From the NCBI GenBank assembly GCA_907165135.1, contig OU015569.1:5394001-5458000 (forward strand): DNA of 64,000 nt, read 5' to 3'. Below the pieces are notes generated by a model. It had not been told where the DNA came from and made no database searches. It saw only the letters and a list, made by a program, of their open reading frames with translations. Source of the stretch: Oikopleura dioica. Taxonomy: Eukaryota > Animalia > Chordata. Shown in pieces: positions 24,119 to 35,640 of this stretch; position 1 is the first letter of the stretch; each line of letters starts with the position of its first letter. A program made the translations under genes and the position numbers.

Positions 24119-26218
24119 ATGTCGACTCTTGAGGAGCTTCGAGGGTTGATAGAAGATGACAGGAAGAACATCAACCAGTTTTTTCTGCTTATAATGGGTG
24201 CAATCGTGCTGCTCATGCAGTCGGGCTTTGCATTTCTAGAGGCCGGCTCGGTACGCGCTAAAAACGTTGTAAATATTTTGGTGAAAAACGTTCTCGATTG
24301 TTGTAAGTGATTTCAAAGTTTTCATATGAATTTAAGCAACTAATTTTTTAGTCATTGGGGCAATAGTCTACTGGGCCTTTGGATTTGCATTTGCGTACGG
24401 AGATGTCGATGAAAGTCATCCTCACTCATCAGCAAATAGATTCATCGGATTCAAATACTTTTTTTCGTGAGTAAATTGCTCACTGACACAAGCGATAAGG
24501 CTAAAATAGATTGAGCATAGATGATGGGGTGGGTTTTTATGCGACTTGGTTCTTTCAATTTGTATTCGCTGCTACAGCAGCAACGATTGTGTCGGGTGCA
24601 GTGGCGGAACGCACACAATTCGGCGCCTATTTGATCTACAGTACCTTCATCACCGGCTTCATCTATCCCGTGGTCACCCATTGGGCCTGGTCAGAAACTG
24701 GTTGGCTTCAGAATCAAATTGTAAGCTCCTTTTTTACGAGAATGAGTTGCATTAATTCGTTCAAGATTTCGTCAAACTTCAAACACGCTTACACTGCAAA
24801 TGGCTCTTTAGCCTACGACGGCAATCAACCTGTCAAGTGAAAGAGTTCAAAATCTATCGTTTTCATCAGCAATATAGTAATTTGCGGTTTACAACTTGCC
24901 TCAAACCATTTTAGAAGATCTGAATATCTCCGTTCATTAATCGTATTTTTTCTTTTCAAAGTTTATTTGATTTCGAGCACTAGATCAGTTCGTTGATTTT
25001 GCTGGTTCCGCTATTGTACATTGTACTGGTGGTGCTGCTGCCTTCATGGGAGCCCTAGTTATTGGACCAAGAATAGGTCGCTTTGAGAAGGGAGCGCATG
25101 ATCCGAACCCACAGCCTGGCCATTCAACGCCTTTTGCAGCCCTTGGTGCATTCATCCTCTTTCTGGGTTTTCTTGCATTCAATGGCGGCTCTGAACTTGC
25201 TATTGTCGGTGATGATCATGCAGTTGTTGTTGCCACTGCTTTTGTCAACACCATGCTTGGTGGAGCTGCAGGCTCGATCGTCGCTGTCGTGTTAAATTAT
25301 TGCGTTGCTTGGATCAAAGGCGAGCCAAAATACTGGTCCCTTCTACAAATGATCAATGGAGGCCTAATTGGAATGGTGGCAATGTGTGCTGGCTGCAATC
25401 GTCTGAATCAAGGTTTTACTATTTTCAAATAAAAATATTACTAATCATAATAGTCTAAATTTTAGACTCTAAAACTTTTAAATTCTAGGCGCTGCCGTTG
25501 GAATTGGAGCCATGGCTGGCATAACTCTTCTTTGGGTATCATGGGTTATGAAAAGAATTCGAGTTGATGATCCCCTTGATGCCTTTGCTGTTCATTTTGG
25601 CGGAGGATTGGTAGGAATTCTCGCCACTCCGGTTTTTATGAATGGTGGTATCGTTCACTGGAAAAACTGCAAAACTCAGAGAGATATTTACGAGTAAGCA
25701 ATGTTTTTATATAAACAGATTTTCTGTTCCGCGAGCTGTTAACTGAGCAAGGCTGTTTAGAGCCGATTTCCCTGCGATAAACCCTGATGCAGAAGGCAAT
25801 TTTCAATGTGACTACTTTGAATTTAAAGTCTTTGCATGGAATCTGGCTGGTTTCCTTTCTATAGTCCTATGGTCAGGTTCTTTGTCCTTTTTGATTTTCT
25901 ACTGCTTGAAAGTAACGAAGATGCTTCGAGTGAGTAGAGATGATGAAGTGCGTGGCTTGGACATCGGAAAGCACGGCGAGCCAGCGTATCCAATCGAGGC
26001 CTACGGACACGGCTGGAATACTGATCTTACAAAGGAATATGAACAAGAAAACGGTTAGTTTGAGATCTTATTCTACCCAAAGTTTGTCGTAAATGTCAAG
26101 TTGACGAGCTTTTAAATGCCCATAAAATTGAAATTTGAAAATTTTATTAGGTGAAGTTACAAACATTGGATACCAAGATTCATTAGCAGACTCAAACGCA
26201 TACTCAAATTCATCTTAA
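24119..26218 (+). CDS. AMT1: Ammonium transporter, Amt1-type, about 8 exons
   Basis: [97 protein letters not shown]. Both pore histidines are retained. Confidence 0.97.
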
Positions 26219-27403
26219 AGAATTTCAAACGCTTTCCAACTACAGCTGACCCTTTTCTCTTTGCTCCAATAAACCTCGAAACGTCGACTCTTGATTCATT
26301 AGAAATAAGTCTTCCTTGTTTTCCTGTCTGAAATTAATACTCTTTCGATTTTCAATCGCGAAAAAAGAAATGAATCAGAATTGAAGAACGGGATAATTAC
26401 TCAAAATATTTTTTTTCGATCACAACTTTATGTTATTTTTTGCTGTTTTCCATATAAACGGTCAATCAGAAGGAAAGTTGCACCGTGCATCTTGCACATC
26501 TATAAGTGGGAATTCTCGTCTATATATAACTCTATCTATCTACGGAAGAACTTGACCTTCTTATAAAAACGAAGCTCTTGATCGACAAGCAACTTGATTA
26601 TTCTACTTGAGTTAAGGGGAACAGATGGCCTATTTACCCTTGTATCATAATCAGCAAGGATGTGCATGTGTCTTTCTGAACAAGAAAAACTTTCTCACAG
26701 CAGTCACGTGTGTCTTCCAATAAATCTCTAGTGATTACACGGAGTTTGCTTAGGAAAAGAAAGAGTCCGATCGAGCATATGTCCACAGTGCACCCCACAC
26801 CTGTCGCTCAGTTCCTCAGTTCCTCAGGTTATTAACTTGTCTAGTCCCAGAAAGTGTCAGCGCTAAGCCAGAAAAAATGTCAGAACTAAGCCTGTAGGCT
26901 AAACTCGACACCTCTCATATCACCGAGTAACTCCTGCGACGCTGAGAAATGCACTCTTTTCGAGTAACAATATATCTCTACCGAAAACATTGCTTCAATG
27001 AGTCAAATAAGTCTATTCCTCATAGACCTGAAAAAGTTTTTTCTTCTAAAGACGAGCTGTGCACTCTTGTTAAACCCACTGTTTCACAAATCAATCATCT
27101 AAACAAGGTACGACGAAAAGTAGACCCTGTCTAGAAATCAAAGAAGAAATTTGATTGAAATCAAAGAAGAGTAACTTCACGGGAAGTTGAACAATTTGGC
27201 ACCAGTAATGTAACGTTTCAGTGAATGTGAGCGAGGTACAGTCGGTAACGGTTTATGTCACAGTCTGGTTTGAGAGGGAAAACACTGTGGGCAGGGCTGG
27301 GGCGTCGCTCGTGAGCGGCGCTTTGCGCTTATGAAAGGGCACTCTTCCGTGCAGCGCAGCCTTAACTCTGGAATGACCCGATATCCGTTACGACGAGATA
27401 GAC

Positions 27404-30402
27404 ATGAGCCAAGAACCAGAGAACCATACAGATCGCCCGGGCGCTGATGAGAAAACAACAACGGAACAAAAAAGCTGGTATGCTCTCGTTTATTAAATTT
27501 CTCTAGAGTCGAAGTCCGTAAAAACGTTATATGGTAGGGAAGATAAGAAGATAAAAGGAGAACGTGACAGTCGCACAAGAAAAGTTCACTCAGGAAGAGA
27601 AAGCGAGGCTGCTCTCTTTTATTGGCATGGGTTCGAGATCGAAGCAAACTGAGTTCAAATTTTCGGCAGTGCGCCAAATATTGTGCTATTTGTAGAGGCC
27701 AAATTCAACCCCGTTCCCGTGAACTATCCTCGCACTTTGGCAAATAAAAACGTACTAGCTCGAACCCACGATTACAGCAATTATGTCGAGAAAATTCATC
27801 ACTGCCTTGATTCAGAAAAGAAGGAGGTATCGGAGAGATCGAACTGCCCTGCCAAAATTCAATTCAGGCTATTGGACAAAATATTTCATAAATGAAACTT
27901 CAAATGATTTGTAAGTTTGACTGTTCCTTTGGCCCATTTAAGCATGTTTGGCGCCGTTTGTTTCCCTGAAGTTCCACAAAACGCTTCATTTTGCGACAAA
28001 GAACGACGTTTCCTCACAAAATGCATGCCTCCAGCATATGATGACTACGAAGAATACGAATCACAATCGCCAACACAGTCGCCAACACATTCGACAACAC
28101 AATATCCGCCGTTCGATGACGGTGGATGGATCCATCACCAGTTCGCTCATCATCATTGGGAAGCGAACGATACAAATTATATCGAGCTGATGAACAAAGG
28201 AGAGTGCGGGGAAAACACCTCCCACTCAAGAATTCATCCCGACAGAATGTACTTGGAGTGGTGCGAAACTCCCGATCACAAGAACGAAAACCAGGGGTCC
28301 TTCAATCCATGCATTACAGAGAAGTCCTTCGAACAAGAATATGAAACTTCTGTTTCTGAAGTTGTCAGAGATTTGGTATATATTGGACTGCCCTCTTTTG
28401 CTTTTATTTTGACGCTATCGACGACCCTAGTCCTGGTAAAATTTTTCCGACGAAGCAAGCGCATACTAGTCTATATAAACATGTTCCTGTCAATGTCCCT
28501 CTTTTCGCTCTGCTACGTTATCAATATTTGGATTTATCGACTTTACGCTAATATGAGAAAAGAGGAATCAAAAAAAATTATCGATGGTAAGCTTTTAAAC
28601 TTTGAACGATTTTTCTTCTGGACAAAATTTACGGTGATTTTAGTACTTGGTGGTTACATCGACTCTTTATTCCAACGAAATTACAATGGCGAAAACGGAA
28701 TAAACAACTTGACGACGACGCAGCACGACTTATTTCTCAAGCCGGATTTCTGCGACAGAAACGATGAACATTTTTACAAAAGACTAAACTATACGAGAGC
28801 AGACTGCTCGACCCTGGAAGATCTAGATCGAGTTGCTCGCGAAGCCGGCTGCGGCTGGGACGAGTTCAACGCCGAAAAATCCACCATTGAAAATTACTGT
28901 ATCTTTTTTGGCCTTCTGGAAGCGTACTTCTGGATGACAAAGTTTACTTGGTTTATCTTACAAGCAATTTATCTAGTCATGCTGAATTTATGTACATACA
29001 ACTCACTCTCTATTTTTCAATCCAACATGTTTATCTGGATCGGCTGGCTAACACCTCTCCCATTTCTCGCTGCCTTTGCGTCTAATTTTTTCTTCTCAAA
29101 AGGAACTGGGTCCATTTATTTTGATTAAGGAAAAATATTTTAACTCCTGAACGTATAATTTTCAAATTCCGCTGAACGCAAATACGCCCAATTAAGGACC
29201 CCCCCGTCAACAATTTTCGAAAAATCTATTTTCGGAATTTCAAAATTATGACCCCGGAAATGGATTCTACGAGTGAAAAAACGATTTTGAGGCTTCATTT
29301 TTTGGGGGTCTATCTCGACTCTAACACCCTCAAAATCGCGTTTGAAAATCGGATTTTTGACGAAAAATGACGAAAAAGTCCCAATTTTGCTAAAATTTCA
29401 GATTTTTCTTGGTCAAAAAGTGCTCCGAACAAGTTTTTATGATAAATTGAACTTTCAGGAAGACTCAGAAGCCAAAATATGGCTTTTAAGAAATTTTCGA
29501 TTTTTTGAGGAAAATTGTTGACGGGGGGGGTCCTTAATTCGGCACGGCTTTTAAGTGCATCTCACGTCGACAGTAAGAATGAAATAGACTCACAGAAGCC
29601 ATGGTTGGTTTTGTTAGACCTTTGCCTTGTTTTATATCAACATATGAATATGTAGTCATATTATGCTATTTTTCGAAGCTACTCATATTATTTTTTCACT
29701 AAAAAGGCGCAATGCCCAACAATTGGTTAATATGCGTTCAGGGATTAAGAATAAGTTTAACTTTTCTATATATCCTTTTAAAGATCGTCTGTACAACTAT
29801 AGAAACGACAACGTTTTCTGTGGAATAAAAGAAGACGTTTCGGACGTAGGTACATATAGATATACTCTCCATCTAAAAAATTTTAGTATCACTCTATCTA
29901 TGTTTTCACAGGCATTTGTTTGGCGATTAACTCCATATTTTTCATCATTGTTGTGTATCAAGTGTACAGGAAGTGGTTTCATTATTCCGGAAAAAAAAAA
30001 TCGGCGAGTTCTTATGAAACTGTTTAAAGAATCCATTCAAATACTCGTGCAGGAATCTGGCGAGTAACGCGAGCAGTTTATTACCTCATACCTTTGTTCA
30101 ACATTTTGCATATACTCGAAATCACTGACAACAACTTCTTCCGCGTCGAGGCGAAGCATATAGGCACGCCTTTTTACAGTCTAGGAACGGGCTCAAGAAT
30201 CTTCTCCTTAATTTTTTCAATCATGACTGAGAGAGTGAGCCTATTGATGAGTTATTTCTACGTTTGTGGAATTCGTTTATCCGCTTATCATCTGTGTGCT
30301 GTTTGTCTAGGGTCGTACTCCTTAACGTTCTGTTTTTTCGCCAAAATGATAAAAAGGGCAAGGAATCAATTCAGAAATCAAGTAAAACGGATTCTTAATT
30401 AG
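27404..30402 (+). CDS. Divergent class B (secretin-family) GPCR
   Basis: Degenerate hormone-receptor ECD (C..AVCFPE...C...TKC...GGW). TM2 RILVYINMFLS, TM3 CIFFGLLEAYFWMTKFTWFILQAIYL, TM4 IWIGWLTP, TM5 ICLAINSIFFIIVV and TM6 RVTRAVYYLIPLFNIL, the last recovered after a ~56-nt GT-AG intron near 29975-30030. TM7 and the C-terminus are uncertain. Confidence 0.8.
29192..29537. mobile_element. MITE with ~22-bp TIRs and TTAA target duplication, inside a GPCR intron
   Basis: Left TTAA-GGACCCCCCCGTCAACAATTTT (29192-29217) and right AAAATTGTTGACGGGGGGGGTCC-TTAA (29511-29537). The interior is non-coding and AT-rich. Confidence 0.85.
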
Positions 30403-31444
30403 GGAATTCAAAAGGAGAGGAGTACGACCCTAGCTACTTGTGTTTATGTCTCGGGAGTTCAAATCTAAATTAAAACGCTTCAAGAAAAACTTTTCTAATC
30501 AGGAAAAGCTTCTACAGCTGGAAATTCTGTCTGATAACAAACCCCCCTTCTCATGTAAAATGAGAAATAGTATTAAAAGCTGTCCATAAATTTAGCTACA
30601 TAAACGTCTGGAATGGCCAAAACACAAGCGCTTTGGTTTGTGACGAGAATATTTTTAGCTTCTTCTCAAATTAGAGCTCACTCGAGCAATGAAAACTTTC
30701 TCAGCAAACTGCTTCATCACTTTCAAACTTTGATCATAGCGATTTTAACGAGCGCGTATTAGTATTGGAGCATCATCAATAACGAAATTTGGTTACTGCC
30801 AGTTTAGATTTTTTTAAACGGCTGCGCTACTTAGTACCTCGCAACCACGACCAACCCGCAAAGCTCGTTTAAAAGAGCCGGGAAATCCTCGACGGAAAAT
30901 CGAATCAGGATATTTCTCTCCAACCGTGTAAATTTGCGTCAAGCCCTGAAACTTTTGCATCCTGCTTTTTATAGATCGAATAGAATAAAGCTTTTGTATA
31001 ACTAAATTAGATAATAATTATTATATAAAAGTTATATAACTAGTTACTTTTCTTTTGCATAATTCGAACAATAAAATAAATGCCAGTAGAATAGTTGAAC
31101 TTTAGCGTTTTTTAGCCGACAGAAGCCATTTTCGAAAAGGAAGCTATGAAAAGACTCCGTTTTTATACGGTCTTGCGACGAAAAAGCATAAAAATTCTGA
31201 TTCCAGGCCTGACCGAAGATGTTCAAATGTGACAACTGAAACATTACAGGCAGTGATCGCTAAATTCCTAATCAAATCATCTGAGCATATTCCAAACCAC
31301 TAGACATATGACAGTGCGATCCGAAAGAAGCCCGAGACACAAGACTCAAACTCCACTTCGAACAACTCCTCTAAGACCGAAGTCCTTTATTCTCGACCGT
31401 ATCTATCTTCTTCAAGCAGCAAAGAATAAGCAGCTTTGTAAAAA

Positions 31445-33300
31445 TTAAATGTACAGAAATGGAGCACCTTTCTTCATGCACACCGAGCAGTCCACTTTTC
31501 AAGTTCGATGAAAAAAAAAAACAAATGAACGAAAAATATAAAATAATATTTAATAAAGATTAAAAAGATGACACCGATTCCTTTTTTGTAGAAATTGATC
31601 CATCGACCGTGGCAGTAAGGGCGAATGCCTTCGAGATTTTCGATGGTCCAGCTTCCCCGGCTAGCTTCGACCGAGCCGCGACATTTCCCATCCCCAAGCA
31701 TGACATCTGAGCGGCATTTGACACAGATATTCTTGAGAAGATTCCCCCTAGGAAATTTCCCCGATTTGTAAAAAGTAAATATATATTCACGTGACAAATT
31801 TCAAAGCACACAGTTCAAGGTGTGTTATTTACAGTTCACTATTCCAAGTTCACGGGCGCTTGTTATTTGATGGGCCGGTTCGAGATCCTAGATTAACCCG
31901 AAATTTAGAATCCTTTCCTTGTAAACACTTTTTTGGGCCATGCAGGCGGAATTTCTTCTTGTCACCTAAGTAAGTTTAAGTTTCTCATTCTGAATCTAGT
32001 GCAACGGACCTTGTAGAGATGACAGTAGTCACCGTTGTTGAGCTCTTTCCGGAAGGTTGCCGAAGCGGGGATTATCGACGCTGCTGAGGCTAGAAAGGGA
32101 AGTTAAAACCCACTATCGCTTCACGTTATCATCCCGATGCTAATGAGCAAATCACTGGAGGTTATCAGCTCCATGTAGTTATCGCCCTTTTTAACGTAGA
32201 AAACTCGATAAAAACCTTAATTACTAACGCGCCATTGTATCTCTCGTAAGAGAATATCTGCTATGCATACGTTCTCATACAAAGATAATTTTGAAACTGA
32301 AGTTACATTTATGGAGAGGACACCGCTCATTGCAGGATCGACTTTGAGTGATTTTACGCTGCGGCTGTTGCTCGCCGTACTTGTCTATCGTGAAGCATCT
32401 GATGTCCTTTGCAGTGTTTTCCCGATTGCGCGCTAGAATTTTGTTATTTCGATTTAGCGAAACAAACCCACTCATAACTCCTTTGCCGCAAGACTTCTTT
32501 GATGGCAATTTACACTCGCTCCAATCGCTCCACGCACTCATCGAGTCACAATCTAAAAATATGTTTTGTATCATCAAAGCATCCATTCTCGTAACATTGG
32601 TAACTGTGTGACTTTCGGGACATGTGTAAATTATGATCCTTTACGATTGCTTACTGGAAAATGCAATGATCTCTCAATTTACAATTTATTTAGAAATATA
32701 TGCTATGCTTTATAAGTTGTTCTAGACATACTAGTGGAGCAGGCGTTCTGGTAAGTCAAAGCGTATAACTATTAATAATAGTCTATTATTTATCAAGTAA
32801 TTTTTCATATTTTTACCTTGAGGATATTTGCAAGTCTGCATGAAATCGTGACAACAATCGCCCAACTGAAAGCAACGATCATCGCAGAAACATGGTGTCG
32901 AAGAGGGTGTGTTTGCTCCAGCAAAAGATGGATCGTTTTGTTCGTCAATATTCGCGACTCCTGTGCATCCTGATCAGATCAGCTCTTGACTCCATTTTTT
33001 TATTATTTGCGCATTGGGCAATTAATCTCAAGAAAAACGCGTTAATTAAACGGTGTGTCAAGACCTTTTTAGGGATGAGGCGCTCATCGTCTAATCCGAT
33101 AGAGCACGTGACTGATCCCACGCCTGTGCCGTTGTCAGCTCCAACGCAGCAAGCTGAGTACGGGTTTTCGTCGGGATTGAATCATAATTGATCATAAAAA
33201 AGTCTTTATGCGACTAGAACCCATTCCTGGTTGTCCATTCATGAGTGCACGGTTTTCACAGCTCAATCTTTGGCCTTGTTTCAAGTTGATCAAATATTAA
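31445..33300 (-). CDS. SBSPON: Somatomedin-B and thrombospondin type-1 domain-containing protein (RPE-spondin)
   Basis: CCVGAD...C; SMB CFCDDRCFQLGDCCHDFMQTC; TSP1 CDSMSAWSDWSEC...SCGKG...SRSC; C-terminal ICVKC...CRG...CHGRW...DCSVC...PFLYI*, matching the SBSPON architecture. The start is approximate. Confidence 0.85.
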
Positions 33301-35640
33301 ACTATGAGTAGAAATGAAAGTAACTGTTAAATTATCGGATATCTCGTGGCTGTTTGATGAAAAATGATGAACCTTGGCTTTTGCCGGACGATAAGAAACA
33401 GCAACGACGATCTAAAAAATACACCTTCAAAGATTCGAAAGAAAATTCCTAGGAAGATATCACCACCGCGGCAGTAGCGATATCGCCAGCCCTGTGGCTG
33501 GTTTAGAAGAAAAGGATGAAGTTTTCACGAAACACGGCCTTTATCAAAGGGCCCTTTATAATAAATACTTGCTTCTAAAAAGGTTTAATTTGTTGAACAA
33601 TTCTAGGGTTTCTAAATGAGCTTGATGATTTTTTGCGCAGTCGATTCGACTTCGGAGTCAAAGTACAACTCATTCGGGAATATAGACACTCTCCTCCCAT
33701 TTTCATGCAATGTTCGAAGCATTTACGCGCCACAAAGTGACGTGCTTCGCGCAAGCTGCCCAACCAACTATTTTTGGCGTTCCTTAATACGTTTTCCCGT
33801 TAGAAGTTCTAAACAAATAAGGTTCACTCTGCAAAAGAAGTATCTTCCCATTCTAAGTAATTATGGATGGAATGCGACTTTAGCCTAGTACTAATCCAAC
33901 TATTACATTTTTCACGATTACGAACAGCATTTTGCGGTAAAATGGGCCAGTATCGTATCACAACGGACTTCTTATCAAAAACAGAAATTTTCAAGCGTAC
34001 CGTCTGAAACAGCTGCATTTTGAGCTACTTGTCCGGCTCGTGTCAAGAAACGTAGCTCCTTCTGTTCGTCTGGCACCTCTGCTTGAATTTATTTTCACTG
34101 TGAAAGCTAATTACTGTTACAATTTTAAAATAGTTCTCTATTTTCCACTAGTCTATATACTAAAAATAATTCAATTCCATACCTCTTTTCTTTAGCTCTG
34201 AATATTGTTTGACTCTCTCTTTCTTAGGGACCTGTTAATCTTGAAATCGTTTGTGAAAATTGGCGTTTTTTCGTTGTTATCCAAGAAATGCGGACTTGGA
34301 TCGATCACTCACTCCTTATCATGAAAAATAAACGAAGACAAGCGTGCACGGGAAAGTAGGGGATTGAAACTCCTGGCGTCTCAAGTTGAGGAGATCGAGC
34401 GCCAGCGCCGGATACTCGCGATTTTTTTCGAAAATCGATCTCGTGGGTCCGCCCCTCGGCGAGTGTAACCAAAGATTGTTGTTTGAAAACTTGTTATTTC
34501 AAGAATTTCGCGACGAGACAAAGTTTTCAATAAAGACTGTAATCGACAGATTTTTGATTTATAACTAATGCCTCCTAGCCGAAAGTTCCCCCAAATCTTG
34601 ATGAAAGCAAGGCTCGCCTTTGTCAAGCAGTTATGACAGTTTGTAATAAGTGAACCTAGAGCTCAAGTTACCACAGAATCCCAGTTTAGAAATGACCCTT
34701 TGCCATTAAGCCGTTGAGAGTTTGCTTTTAGTTGTATATTGAAGGTGTTGTATTGAGTGAATCAGAAGAAGGTTAAAAGAAGTTACGTGTGGCGTTCTGC
34801 GAAGTTGAGACGTCCACATGATAAGCATGTGTGATATCCAGCACCACGGCCTCTCTAATCCGCTTCCTCCAGAAAGAGATACCCTTTATCGTTCGTGTGT
34901 TCACTTTTGCTAGTCAAAAGTCTAGCCCAGGATTGCAGATGTAATCTCTTCAGGAGTTCTTATGAATGAAGCAACAAGATTTATAAAGAGAATCATTAGT
35001 ATTCCCAAAGATTGAAAGTGCTCCTTCTAAAATCGACTTTTTCAAAATCGGAATTTACAAAAATGCGGTTTTGAATTTCCGATTCGCCCCACTTTCCCAC
35101 TTACATAGCCCAAGAATTCAAATCGCGTTTTCTTCATTGCGGGAAAGTCTGACTTATATAATTTTGTGAATATATTATTATAATCGCTTCCAAAGCCATT
35201 TCATTGCCAATTTGGGAAACGGATGTGGGAAGTCCGCTGAAGCTCAAGGAAGGCGACTTCTAAGTTTCACTTTCAAAATTGCCATTTAATAAATCATAAA
35301 TTATACTATAAATTATTCATAGTCCCGAATTGGGACCCCCAATAACTGCTAGGAAGCAGATACTTCTTTCTTCATCATGATCGTTTTTTCTAGGAACTCA
35401 TTTTTTTGACATCTCATGCATGTTTATAAAAAGCTCACAAGTTTAGGGTCGATAAGTTAGCGAGAATCAATTTTAGTTTGATCCTCTTATATTTTTATTT
35501 ACAGGTTAATTTATACAATTTTGGCGAAGGTCTTCTTTACTACGGGAGTCAATTTCGCGAGCACTTCCTTCATTTGATATTTCTGTAGTTTGTTTTTGGG
35601 CAGGAAACTTAAATATACACTGTCGATGAAGTACTTACAG

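Noticed and set aside
29095-29130. Non-canonical GA donor or MITE-induced truncation after GPCR TM4
   Set aside because: A canonical path exists through a micro-exon at ~29555-29571 (ASHVD), leaving the MITE intronic.
29990-30030. GPCR pseudogenisation (in-frame TAA after TM5, near an A10 run)
   Set aside because: A canonical GT-AG intron of about 56 nt removes the stop and restores the TM5-TM6 frame.
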